Assembly (NCBI GenBank): GCA_963839285.1
Contig: CAWIUN010000009.1
Span: 13,016-77,015 of the forward strand
From: an uncultured Actinomycetes bacterium
Lineage (GTDB): Bacteria > Actinomycetota > Thermoleophilia > Gaiellales > Gaiellaceae
DNA: 64,000 nt
Reading direction: 5' to 3'
Both the position numbers and the translations under genes were made by a program. How positions within the stretch are numbered: position 1 is the stretch's first letter; the number at the start of each line of letters is the position of its first letter. Of the stretch, positions 46,864 to 56,543 are shown piece by piece. The notes below the pieces were generated by a model. The model was given only the letters and a program-made list of their open reading frames with translations. It had not been told where the DNA came from and ran no database searches.

Positions 46864-48218
46864 CGCCGCACCTCGCCCGTCGTGGTCAGGTTCGAGGCGA
46901 GCGTCGGGTAGCGCTCGGTCAGGAGCAGCAGGTAGCCGAAGGTCTGCGCCTGGTAGCGCAGGCAGTAGGCGGCGAGGTCGCGCATGCCCCTCGGGACCCG
47001 GCCGATGCAGACGGCGACGACCCAGGCGAGGACGCCGACGAGCTGGAGCACGTAGCCGAGCACGGACATGAGGACGTAGGCCGGGATCACGAGCACGATC
47101 CGCAGGGCGACCTTCCAGCGCTCCTGCTCGGCCGGCGGCGCGATCACGACGTCGACCGGGTAGCTGCCCTCCCAGCCGCGGAAGCTCGGGTACGGCTCGG
47201 CGACGAGCCACGTGTAGGCGTTCACGTGCGCCTGGAAGCGGACGAAGCGGGCGAGGAACGCGTGCAGGCCCGCCGGGATGCGGCCGCGGACGAGCGCGAT
47301 CGCCCAGCCGACGACGGCGGCGAGGAGGGCGACGAGCTGCCAGCCGGCGAGGACGGCGAGGAGCGGCAGCGCCAGGACGAGCCGCAGCGCCGCGGTCAGC
47401 CGCCAGCGCACGCGGTCGTCGGCGACGACGAGCTCGACCGGGTGCCGCTCGGGCGCCGCGCCCGTGAACTGCGGCTCGCGCTTCTCGCGGAAGGCGGCGA
47501 CGCCCTCGGCGAAGTCGGGCGTCTTCGTCGCCTCCGACTGCAGCCGCGCCTCGAGCTCGAGCTGCTGCTCGAGGGTCGCCGTGCCCGCGTGGTCGAAGAG
47601 CCTCTTCGTCAGCGCGATCCCGCGGGTCGGCATCTCGGCGTAGCGCTCGGCGAGCTGGCGCGCGTGCCGCTCGAGCTCGTCGTCGGGGACGACCGCGGTG
47701 ACGAGGCCCCACTCGAGCGCCTCCCGGGCCGAGAGCTTGTGCCCGCTCGTCATCCACTCGAAGGCGCGCGCGTAGCCGAGCAGCCGGTGGACGAAGAACG
47801 AGCCGCCCGCGTCGGGGACGAGGCCGATGCCGATGAACGCCGGCACGAAGCTCGCCGACTCGGCGGCGATGCGGACGTCGCAGGCGCAGGCGAGCGAGAG
47901 CCCCGCGCCGGCGGCGGGCCCGTTCACGGCCGCGATCACCGGCTTCTCGAGCCGGCGGATCGCGAGCACGTTCGGGTGGTAGCGCTCGCGGAGGGCGTCG
48001 CCCGTGTCCATCTGCGCGAACTCGGCGAGATCCTGGCCGACGCAGAAGCCGCGGCCGGCACCGGTGAGCACGACCGCGCGGACCGCCGGGTCGGCGGCCT
48101 GCCCGAGGGCGTCGCGCAGCGCCGCGTGCGCCGCCCCGTTCAACGCGTTCAGCACGTCGGGACGGTTCAGCGTGATCGTCGTCAACGCGCCGTCGCGGCG
48201 CCACTCGACCTCGGCCAT
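46860..48218 (-). CDS. Enoyl-CoA hydratase/isomerase (PaaG-like crotonase) fused to a C-terminal DUF4389-like membrane domain
   Basis: Residues 1-255 form a crotonase (LNRPDVLNALN...GAGRGFCVGQDL...AAVNGPAAGAGL...AFREKREPQFTG). They continue without a stop into ERHPVELVV...RWRLTAALRLVLALPLLAVLAGW... with 4 TM helices. Confidence 0.85.
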   Translation of the reverse strand: MAEVEWRRDGALTTITLNRPDVLNALNGAAHAALRDALGQAADPAVRAVVLTGAGRGFCVGQDLAEFAQMDTGDALRERYHPNVLAIRRLEKPVIAAVNGPAAGAGLSLACACDVRIAAESASFVPAFIGIGLVPDAGGSFFVHRLLGYARAFEWMTSGHKLSAREALEWGLVTAVVPDDELERHARQLAERYAEMPTRGIALTKRLFDHAGTATLEQQLELEARLQSEATKTPDFAEGVAAFREKREPQFTGAAPERHPVELVVADDRVRWRLTAALRLVLALPLLAVLAGWQLVALLAAVVGWAIALVRGRIPAGLHAFLARFVRFQAHVNAYTWLVAEPYPSFRGWEGSYPVDVVIAPPAEQERWKVALRIVLVIPAYVLMSVLGYVLQLVGVLAWVVAVCIGRVPRGMRDLAAYCLRYQAQTFGYLLLLTERYPTLASNLTTTGEVRR

Positions 48219-48241
48219 CGCGGCCGAGCATATAGCCGCCG

Positions 48242-49011
48242 TCAGCCGGTGAAGCGCACGAGCGCCAGCGCGACGAGCGCGATCCCGGCCGGCGCGAGCG
48301 CGGTCACGTCGATCGCCGGGACGACGCCTGCTAGAGCAGACGGGCGAGCTCGGCCGTGCCGACGGCGAGCGCGAGGCCGGCGGAGACGCTCGTCAGCGCG
48401 AGGTTCCAGCGGCGCGTCGCGAGCGCCTTCCGGTAGGCGCGCGCCATCGCCGCGGCGTCGGCGCTGTCGATCAGCGTCATCCCGGCCGAGAAGACGAGCG
48501 GGAGCGCGAGCACGACCGGCAGCGGCGCGCCCGCGGTCATGACGACGAGGACGAGCACGCTGGCGGCGTCGAAGCCGAGCCCGAAGACGAGCCCGAGCGG
48601 GTAGAGGTGCCACGGCTTGGCGATCCGCGCGAAGAGCCGGTCGAGCCGGTGCCGGCGCGTCCGCATCAGCGTCAGGTTCGAGACGCCGAGCGCGCAGAGC
48701 GTCGTCCCGGAGACGGCGGCGCCGACCTCGGGCGAGGGCAGGACGCCGAGCCCGTACGAGGCGGCGACGACGACCGCGAGGACGACGGTCGAGTGGCCGA
48801 GCGAGAAGATCAGGCCGACGGGGCCGCCGCGCAGCTGCCGCCGGGTCGCGTTGTCGATCGCGAGCAGGTGGTCCGGGTCGAAGCCGTGCCGGAGGCCGAG
48901 CACGTAGGCGAGGCCGGCCGCGCCGAGCAGCGAGGGCCGGGCGCCGGCGTAGAGCCCGACGAGCGTGAGGCCGGCGACGTGGAGCACCGCGATCGGGACG
49001 ACGACCTTCAT
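48242..49011 (-). CDS. NiCoT (HoxN/HupN/NixA) family nickel/cobalt transporter, short form; probable -1 indel at the annotated stop (48331)
   Basis: LRHGFDPDHLLAIDN, FSLGHSTVV and GLGFDAAS signatures. After the TAG at 48331 a further TM helix (AGVVPAIDVTALAPAGIALVALALVRFTG) continues in another frame to 48242. Confidence 0.8.
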
Positions 49012-49250
49012 GTCTCGACGGCGACGCTCTCGAGCAGCACCGACTGCGCGCGCGGGTCGGTCGCCGGGATCGGCTCGCCGAAGACGACCTCGACGCCCGC
49101 CAGCGGCGTGTCCTGCAGGTGCTCGACGAAGTGCTCCGGCGTGAAGTGCGAGAGCGAGCCGAGCCGGACCCGGAGCCGCACCGGCCGCGCGTCCCCGGCC
49201 GCGGCGGCGACCGCCCCGACGAGGTCGTCCATCAGCTTCCGCTCGTGCAC
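49008..49250 (-). CDS. hypA: HypA-like hydrogenase nickel metallochaperone lacking the zinc-finger domain
   Basis: 80 aa. [14 protein letters not shown]...[24 protein letters not shown]...GVEVVFGE aligns with E. coli HypA residues 1-70, including the MHE nickel site. No CxxC pairs are present. ATGA coupling to the NiCoT gene. Confidence 0.65.
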   Translation of the reverse strand: MHERKLMDDLVGAVAAAAGDARPVRLRVRLGSLSHFTPEHFVEHLQDTPLAGVEVVFGEPIPATDPRAQSVLLESVAVET

Positions 49251-49660
49251 CGCTCCACCTCCTCGACCGCGCGCGGGATCGCCGCCTCGACCTCGGGCGA
49301 GAGCGCGGCGCCCGTGTCGAAGCAGGCGCCCTCGACGGCGACGACGTACGCCCGCTCCGGCAGCCGGCCGAGCGCGCGCGCCAGCTCGACCGTGTCGGCG
49401 AGCGAGAAGTGGTGCGTCGAGCCCTTGAAGAGCTCGGCCGGCAGCTGCTCGGCGGCGAGGTCGATCCGGTAGACGGTGCCGGGCGCGCCGCCGCCGCGCG
49501 CCGCGTCGACGAGCACGAGCGGGTCGGCGCCCTCGAGCTCGTCGAGCAGCCCCGTCGGCTCGGCCTCGCTGACGATGACCCGCACCCCGCGCAGGCGCCG
49601 CGCGATCTCGAGCCCGACGGCGTCGTCGCCGCGCAGCTCGTTCCCGAGCGCGACTACGAG
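49232..49660 (-). CDS. [NiFe]-hydrogenase maturation endopeptidase (HyaD/HoxW family); start codon not identifiable
   Basis: [23 protein letters not shown]...VLVDAA...[17 protein letters not shown]...VVAVEG. No ATG, GTG or TTG lies in frame near the N-terminus. Confidence 0.8.
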   Translation of the reverse strand, partial: LVVALGNELRGDDAVGLEIARRLRGVRVIVSEAEPTGLLDELEGADPLVLVDAARGGGAPGTVYRIDLAAEQLPAELFKGSTHHFSLADTVELARALGRLPERAYVVAVEGACFDTGAALSPEVEAAIPRAVEEVERCTSGS

Positions 49661-50965
49661 CGCTCGACGTCGAGCGTCAGGAAGTGGGTCGCGCACGAGA
49701 TGCAGGGGTCGTAGTTGCGGATCGCCTGCTCGCACTTCCAGCGCAGCTCGTCCTCGGGCAGCTGCACGTACGCCGTCACGAAGCGATGGAGGTCCTCCTC
49801 GATCTGGCCCTGGTTCTGCGAGGTCGGCGGCACGATCTTCGCGTCGACGATCGAGCCGTCGGCGGCGAGCTCGTAGCGGTGGTAGAGGATCCCGCGCGGC
49901 GCCTCGGTGCAGCCGTGGCCGACGCCCGCCCGCGGCGTGCACTCGACGAACGGCTGCTCCGGCGGCTGGTAGGCGCGGACGATCCGCAGCGCCTCCTCGG
50001 CGGCCTCGACCAGCTCGACCGCGCGGACGACGATGCTCTTGAACGGGTTGCGGACGACCTCCTCGAGCCCGGCCGCCTCCGCCGCCTCGAGCGCCGCGGT
50101 CGAGAGCCGGTCGCGGAAGAGCGCGTAGCGCGCCAGCGGGCCGACGAGGTACGAGCCGCGCTCGCGCAGCCGCGCGTGCAGCGCGTTCGAGTGCTCGACG
50201 TGCACCTCCTCGACGTGCTCGAAGAACTCGGAGATCTCGATGTCGAGGCCCTTGTTCGAGACGAGCCGGCGGCCCGCGGTCGATCGGGTAGCGGCCCTCC
50301 TGCGCGAGCGCGACGAACTCGTAGTCGTGCTCGAAGTCGGGGAAGTCGAGCGTCGCCGCCCAGGCGACGGTGTCGAGCGCGGCGTCGCGGGCCCAGACGA
50401 GCTCCGGCTCGAGCGCGGCCAGCTCGGCGGGCTCGGGCGCCCGGTAGAAGCCGCCGACGCGGACGTTGATCGGGTGCACCTCGCGGCCGCCGACGACCGT
50501 CATCAGCCGGTTGCCGAGCTTCTTCAGCCGCAGCGCCTTCTCGACCACGTCGGGCGCGACCGAGGCGAGCTCGATCGCCGAGTCGTAGCCGAGGAAGTCC
50601 GGCGCGTGCAGGAGGTAGACGTGCAGCGCGTGGCTCTCGATCCACTCGCCGCAGTAGAGGAGCCGGCGCAGCGCCTCGATCCGCGGCGGCACCTCGACGC
50701 CGCAGACCTCCTCCATCGCCAGGCACGAGCTCATCTGGTAGGCGACCGGGCAGATGCCGCAGATCCGGGCGGTCACGTCGGGCGCCTCGGTGAACGGGCG
50801 CCCGCGCAGCAGGCCCTCGAAGAAGCGCGGCGGCTCGTAGATCCGCAGCTTCACGTCCTCGACCGCGCCGTCGTGGAGCGTCACGAGCATGCCGCCCTCG
50901 CCCTCGACCCGCGCCAGGTAGTCGGTGCGGATCTCGCGCGTTCCCGGCGCGGTCGTCTCAGGCAT
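49654..50965 (-). CDS. [NiFe]-hydrogenase large (alpha) subunit, group 3-type; +1 frameshift near 50272
   Basis: N-terminal [10 protein letters not shown] (L1 CxxC) and C-terminal DPCISCATH (L2). EGRYPIDRG joins [33 protein letters not shown]. Confidence 0.9.
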
Positions 50966-51669
50966 GGAGGGCCTCCCGGAAGCTCGAGCGGAGCTCGAGC
51001 GGCAGCGCGGCCGGGTTCGCCGACTCGGCCGGGCCCGAAGCAGCCGAAGCAGCCGCGGTGGTAGGACGGGCAGAGGGCGTCGCAGCCGGCGCGCGTGATC
51101 GGGCCGAGGCAGGGGATCCCCTGCACGAGCAGGCACGGCGTCCCGCGGAGCTTGCACTCGACGCAGACGGCGTAGGACGGGATCCGCGGCCGCCGGCCGG
51201 CGAGGAAGGCGGTCAGGACCTCGAGCAGCTGCGCCTTCGAGATCGGGCAGCCGGGGAGCTCGAAGTCGACCCGCACGTGCTCCGAGACCGGCGTCGAGGT
51301 CGCGAGCGAGGAGAGGTACTCGGGATGGGGGTAGACCGAGGCGGCCAGCTCGTCGGCGTCGACGGCGTTCCGCAGCGCCTGGATCCCGCCCGCGGTCGCG
51401 CAGGCGCCGATCGAGACCAGCACCTTCGAGACCTCGCGCACCTGCTTGATCCGCTCGACGTCGTGCGGCGTCGCGACCGAGCCCTCGACCAGCGTCACGT
51501 CGTAGGGGCCCTCGATCTCGCGGCTCGTCGCCTCGAGGAAGTAGGCGATCTCGACCTCGCCCGCGATCGCGAGCAGCTCGTCCTCGCAGTCGAGCAGCGA
51601 CAGCTGGCAGCCGTCGCAGGAGGAGAACTTCCAGACCGACAGCTTCGGCTTGACGGCGACGACGCTCAC
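50958..51669 (-). CDS. [NiFe]-hydrogenase small (delta) subunit, group 3-type; +1 frameshift near 51031
   Basis: [11 protein letters not shown]...[10 protein letters not shown]...LPGCP...CVECK...[27 protein letters not shown], then [23 protein letters not shown] after the shift. The stop overlaps the large-subunit ATG. Confidence 0.85.
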
Positions 51670-52515
51670 AGCTCCCGCACCCCCAGGAGCGCCTCGACCT
51701 CGTCCCAGCGGTAGACCGGGCCGTCGCGGCAGATCAGCTCGGGGCCGAGCTGGCAGTGGCCGCAGAGGCCGACGCCGCAGCGCATGTTCCGCTCGAGCGA
51801 GACGTGGACGTCGCTCGGGGCGAGGCCCTGGTCGATCAGCGCCTCGGCGCTGAAGCGCATCATCAGCTCCGGGCCCGCAGACGAACGCGGTCGTCCGCTC
51901 CGGGTCGAAGGGCGCGCGCGGCACGAGCGTGGTCACGAGCCCGACGCGGCCCTCCCACTCGCTCGGCGCGGCGTCGACGGTGACGAGCACGTTCAGGTCG
52001 GGGCGGCCGCGCCAGCGCTCGAGCTCGTTGCGGAAGACGACGTCGGCGGGCGTGCGGGCGCCGACGAGGAGCGACACGTGCTCGTAGTCGTCGCGGTGCG
52101 AGAGCACGTGGTAGAGGATCGGGCGAACCGGCGGCAGCCCGACGCCGCCGGCGACGATCACGATCTCGCGGCCGGCGGCCTGCTCGATCGGCCAGCCGTG
52201 CCCGAACGGGCCGCGGACGCCGACCGTGTCGCCCGGCCGGAGCGCGCAGAGCGCCTCGGTGACGGCGCCGACCGCGCGGATCGTCTGCACGAGCGGGCGC
52301 CGGCGGGCGACGTCGCCGCTGACCGAGATCGGCACCTCGCCGATCCCGAAGGCGTAGAGCATCGTGAACTGCCCCGGCCGGATCTCGAGCTCGGGGCCGT
52401 CGAGCTCGAGCGTCCAGGTGTCCTCGGTCTCGCGCCGGCGGCGGAGCAGCGTGTAGGGCCGCGGCAGCATCGAGGCCTCGACGGCGGCGTGGTCGGGTCT
52501 AGTCGAGACGGCCAT
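51666..52515 (-). CDS. Hydrogenase gamma subunit (FAD/NAD(P)-binding ferredoxin-reductase-like, C-terminal 2Fe-2S; HydG/AsrB-like); +1 frameshift near 51871
   Basis: [21 protein letters not shown]...[14 protein letters not shown]...FVCGP / [15 protein letters not shown]...[16 protein letters not shown] overlap with the small subunit. Confidence 0.85.
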
Positions 52516-52960
52516 AGAGGTCGAGGAGTCGGAGGCGGGTCGCCTGCAGGCGGACGGCGAGCAGCTCGGAGAAGCGCTTCAGCAGCGCGTAGCCGAGCTC
52601 GGGGTCGCGGTCGCACTTGCCCCGCAGGCAGGCGCCGTCGAAGGCGAGCGCCCGGACCTGGTCGAGCGCGAGACCGTCGAAGTGGCAGCGGTAGGGCGGG
52701 ATCAGCCACGACCAGCCGACGAGCTCGCCGGGCTCGATCGTCTCGATCCGGACGCCGCCGCGGCCGGGCACCCAGATCTCGGTCACGACCTGTCCGGCGC
52801 GGACGAGGTAGAAGGTGTCGGCGGGCTCGCCCTCGCGGAAGAGCTGCTCGCCCGGGGCGAAGCGGACGTTCTTGGCGCAGCCCGCGATCACCTCGAGGTG
52901 CTCGGGCAGCATGCCGGCGAACGCCTCGGTATCAGGCAGCAGCGTCTCAAGCGTTTGCAC
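52499..52960 (-). CDS. Stand-alone cyclic-nucleotide-binding (cNMP/Crp effector) domain protein inside the hydrogenase operon
   Basis: 153 aa. [25 protein letters not shown]...GELVGWSWL... beta-roll plus C-helix. No HTH or other output domain. Overlaps both flanking hydrogenase genes. Confidence 0.8.
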   Translation of the reverse strand: MQTLETLLPDTEAFAGMLPEHLEVIAGCAKNVRFAPGEQLFREGEPADTFYLVRAGQVVTEIWVPGRGGVRIETIEPGELVGWSWLIPPYRCHFDGLALDQVRALAFDGACLRGKCDRDPELGYALLKRFSELLAVRLQATRLRLLDLYGRLD

Positions 52961-54065
52961 CGATGACCTCCTTGGTCTCCGAGAAGGCGCGGGCCTCCTC
53001 GCGCAGGTCGATCCCGGCCGGGCACCAGGTGATGCAGCGGCCGCAGCCGACGCAGCCGCCGACGTCGAACTGGTCCTGCCAGGTCGCCAGCTTGTGCGTC
53101 AGCCACTGCCGGTAGCGGGAGCGCGGCGTCAGCCGGGTGCCGCCGCCGTGCATCTCGCTGTAGGCGACGGAGAAGCAGGTGTCCCAGACGCGGACGCGCT
53201 CGGCGCCGCCGTCCAGGTCGGTCACGTCCTCGACGGACGTGCAGAAGCAGGTGGGGCAGGCGAGCGTGCAGTTGCCGCAGGCGAGGCAGCGTTCGGCGAG
53301 GTCGGCCCAGCGCGGGTCCTCGAGCCGCGAGAGCAGCCCGGCGCGGGCCTCCGCCGGGTCGAACGCGGGCTCGATCGCGGCCTCGGCGCGGGCGAGCACG
53401 GCGCGGGCGGCCGCGTGGTCGGAGTCGGTGGCGCGCGGCGCCTCGAGCTCGTCGAGCAGCTCGGCGCCGGCGGTGCTGCCCGCCTCGGCGAGGAAGCGGT
53501 GGCCGCCGACGAGGATCTCCGTCAGGACGACGTCGTAGCCGGCGGAGGCGCGCGGGCCGGTCTTCGTCGTCGTGCAGAAGCAGGTCGAGGCGGGCTCGCC
53601 GCAGTTGACGGCGACGACGAAGAGGGCGGCGCGGCGGGCGGCGTAGTCGCGGTCGGCGTAGCGGCCGCCGAGGAAGACGCGGTCCTGCACCGAGATCGCC
53701 GCCAGCTCGCAGGGGCGGACGCCGACGAGCGCCGTCGGCGTCTCGTCGGGAGGCTCCGGCTCGACCTCGAGGTCGGCGCCGGTGCGGAAGAGGGGCAGCC
53801 GCGGCGGCAGCAGGTCGCGCTTCCAGGACTGGGGGCCGACCGCGTAGCCGAAGCGCGCCTCGTCGCGCCGGGCCTTCAGCCGGTAGCCGCCGGGCTCCTG
53901 GACGTCGGTGACGCCCACCGGCAGGTCGAAGGCGGACTCGAGCTCGTCGTAGACGATCGCGCCGTCGCGGACGCGCGGCCCGCGGACGCGGTAGCCGCGC
54001 TCGTGCAGGGCCGCGACGAGGGCGTCGAGGCCGTCGAGGTCGAGCACACGCGAGGGGCCGGTCAC
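52947..54065 (-). CDS. Hydrogenase beta subunit (4Fe-4S dicluster protein, HydB/AsrA-like)
   Basis: GTG 54065 with GGAGG 8 nt upstream. CLACGNCTLACPTCFC and CVGCGRCITWCP cluster motifs. The N-terminal half resembles anaerobic sulfite reductase subunit A. Confidence 0.8.
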   Translation of the reverse strand: MTGPSRVLDLDGLDALVAALHERGYRVRGPRVRDGAIVYDELESAFDLPVGVTDVQEPGGYRLKARRDEARFGYAVGPQSWKRDLLPPRLPLFRTGADLEVEPEPPDETPTALVGVRPCELAAISVQDRVFLGGRYADRDYAARRAALFVVAVNCGEPASTCFCTTTKTGPRASAGYDVVLTEILVGGHRFLAEAGSTAGAELLDELEAPRATDSDHAAARAVLARAEAAIEPAFDPAEARAGLLSRLEDPRWADLAERCLACGNCTLACPTCFCTSVEDVTDLDGGAERVRVWDTCFSVAYSEMHGGGTRLTPRSRYRQWLTHKLATWQDQFDVGGCVGCGRCITWCPAGIDLREEARAFSETKEVIGANA

Positions 54066-54196
54066 GCCACCAGCCTCCGCGGAGGCCGGGCCCTGCGCAT
54101 CGGTGCGCCGACCGATCGCCCCGTACGGCATTTCCCGCAGAGCCCCGGTGCGGCGCCCCGATGGCGCGGCGCGGCGCCTCGGCCACGCTTCGCGGC

Positions 54197-54412
54197 ATGT
54201 GCCTCGGCATCCCGGCGCAGATCGTCGAGCCGCCCAGCGGGGGCCTCGCGCGCGCCGACGTCGGCGGCGTCCGGCGCGAGATCTCGACCGTGCTCGTCGA
54301 GGGGCCGCTCGAGCCGGGCGACTGGGTGCTGATCCACGTCGGCTTCGCGCTCAACCGGATCGACGAGGAGCAGGCGCGGGCGACGCTGGCGCTGCTGGAC
54401 GAGCTCGCATGA
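54197..54412 (+). CDS. hypC: Hydrogenase assembly chaperone HypC/HupF
   Basis: Starts with the invariant MCLGIP. 71 aa. ATGA overlap with hypD. The track ORF begins 12 codons upstream at 54161. Confidence 0.9.
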   Translation: MCLGIPAQIVEPPSGGLARADVGGVRREISTVLVEGPLEPGDWVLIHVGFALNRIDEEQARATLALLDELA

Positions 54413-55513
54413 GGTACGTGGACGAGTTCCGCGACCCGGCCCTGGCGCGGAAGCTGCTGCGCCGGATCGCGGCGCTGGCGCGGCCGGCGGCGCTGATGGA
54501 GGTCTGCGGCGGCCACACGCACGCGATCTACAAGCACGGCCTGCCCGAGCTGCTGCCGCCCGAGGTCGAGCTCGTGCACGGGCCCGGCTGCCCCGTCTGC
54601 GTCGTCCCGCCGGGCCGGATCGAGGACGCGATCGCGCTCTCGCTGCAGCCGGGGATCGTGCTCGCGACCTTCGGCGACATGCTCCGGGTGCCGGGCCGGC
54701 GCCGCTCGCTGCTCGACGCGCGCGCCGCCGGCGCCGACGTCCGCACGGTCTACTCGCCGCTCGACGCGCTCGCGATCGCCCGCCGCGAGCCGGAGCGCGA
54801 GGTCGTCTTCCTGGCGATCGGCTTCGAGACGACCGCGCCCTCGACCGCGGTGACGCTGCGGCAGGCGCGCGCCGAGGGCGTCGCCAACTTCCGCGTCCTC
54901 TGCAACCACGTCCGGATCGCGCCGCCGCTCGAGGCGATCCTCGACGCCCCCGGCGTCCGGCTCGACGGGCTGATCGGGCCCGGGCACGTCTCGACGGTGG
55001 TCGGCTCGGACACCTACGGCTTCGTCGCCGAGCGCCACGGCCTGCCCGTCGTCGTCGCGGGCTTCGAGCCGCTCGACCTGCTGCAGGCGATCGCGATGCT
55101 GCTGCAGCAGCTCGCCGAGGGCCGCTGCGAGGTCGAGAACCAGTACACGCGCGCCGTCGAGCCCGCCGGCAACGCCGCTCGCGCTCGCCGCGCTCGACGA
55201 GGTCTTCGAGCTGCGCGAGAGCTTCGAGTGGCGCGGGCTCGGCGAGATCCCGGAGAGCGGCTTCCGGCTGCGCGAGGAGTACGCCGCCTTCGACGCGGAG
55301 CGGCTCTACGAGCTGCCGAACGAGCGGGTCGCCGACCCGAAGGCCTGCCGCTGCGGCGACGTCCTGCGCGGGCTCGCGAAGCCGCCCGAGTGCGGCGTCT
55401 TCGGCACCGCCTGCACGCCGGAGCGGCCGCTCGGCACCTGCATGGTCTCGGCCGAGGGCGCCTGCGCCGCCTACTACGCCTACGGGAGGGGCCGTGCACT
55501 CGCCCGCGCCTAG
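54409..55513 (+). CDS. hypD: Hydrogenase formation protein HypD; +1 frameshift near 55174
   Basis: MRYVDEFRD...MEVCGGHTH...GPGCPVCV...FETT...PGHVS. After the shift: ...CRCGDVLRG...CGVFGTACTPE.PLG.CMVS.EGACAAYY. Confidence 0.9.
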
Positions 55514-56525
55514 GCTGCGCGAGGAGCGGATCACGCTCGCCCACGGCGCCGGCGGCTCGGCGACGCAGAGGCTCGTCGAGGGGCTCTTCCTGCCGGCGCT
55601 CGAGAACCCGCTGCTCGCGCGGCTCGACGACGCGGCGCTCCTGAACGCGGGCGGCGTCCGGCTGGCGCTGACGACCGACTCCTACGTCGTCAAGCCGCGG
55701 CGGTTCCCCGGCGGCGACATCGGCGAGCTCGCGGTCAACGGCACCGTCAACGACCTGGCCGTCTCGGGCGCGCGGCCGCTCGCGCTGACGGCGGGCTTCG
55801 TGCTCGAGGAGGGGCTCGAGCTGGACGAGCTGCGCGTGCTCGCGGACTCGATGGGCCGCGCGGCGGAACGGGCGGGCGTCGCGATCGCCGCCGGCGACAC
55901 GAAGGTGGTCGAGCGCGGCACCGGCGACGGCCTCTACGTCACGACCGCGGGCATCGGGCTCGTCGACCCGCGCGCCGACCTCGGCGCCGCGCGCGCCCGG
56001 CCCGGCGACGCGGTGCTCGTCTCGGGCACGCTCGCCGACCACGGGATCGCCGTCCTGATCGCCCGCGGCCGGCTCGCGCTCGAGGCCGAGATCGAGAGCG
56101 ACACGGCGCCGCTCTGGGAGCTCGTCGAGGGCCTGCTGCCGCTCGAGGACGACCTGCGCTTCCTGCGCGACCCGACCCGCGGCGGGCTCGCGACGACGCT
56201 GAACGAGCTGGCGCGCGGCGCCGGGTACGGCCTCCTGCTCGAGGAGACGGCGCTGCCCGTCCGCCCCGAGGTCGCCGCCGCCTGCGAGATCCTCGGCATC
56301 GACCCGCTCACCGTCGCCAACGAGGGCAAGCTCGTCGCGGTCGTCGCCCCGGAGGCGGCGGGGGCCGCGCTCGCCGCGCTGCAGCGCCATCCGCTCGGCC
56401 GCGACGCGGCCGTGATCGGCGAGATCGCCGCGGAGCGCGACGGGCTCGTGCTGCTGGAGACGCCGTTCGGCGGCCGGCGGGTCGTCGACACGCTGGTCGG
56501 CGACCCGCTGCCGCGCATCTGCTGA
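55494..56525 (+). CDS. hypE: Hydrogenase expression/formation protein HypE
   Basis: 343 aa. AIR-synthase-like fold (DSYVV.P..FPGGDIG.LAV.GT.NDLA) and the invariant C-terminal PRIC. Confidence 0.95.
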   Translation: MHSPAPRLREERITLAHGAGGSATQRLVEGLFLPALENPLLARLDDAALLNAGGVRLALTTDSYVVKPRRFPGGDIGELAVNGTVNDLAVSGARPLALTAGFVLEEGLELDELRVLADSMGRAAERAGVAIAAGDTKVVERGTGDGLYVTTAGIGLVDPRADLGAARARPGDAVLVSGTLADHGIAVLIARGRLALEAEIESDTAPLWELVEGLLPLEDDLRFLRDPTRGGLATTLNELARGAGYGLLLEETALPVRPEVAAACEILGIDPLTVANEGKLVAVVAPEAAGAALAALQRHPLGRDAAVIGEIAAERDGLVLLETPFGGRRVVDTLVGDPLPRIC

Positions 56526-56543
56526 TTCCGGTCAGGCGACGGC

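Noticed and set aside
48242-48613. 123-aa ORF downstream of the NiCoT gene as an independent gene
   Set aside because: Most of it is out-of-frame overlap with the NiCoT coding region and is Arg-rich. Only its last 30 codons (a TM helix) look real, and they are better explained as the NiCoT C-terminus displaced by a 1-nt deletion at 48331.
48242-56525. Claim that hypB and hypF are absent from the organism
   Set aside because: They are only absent from this window. Maturation genes are often split between loci, so no conclusion can be drawn.
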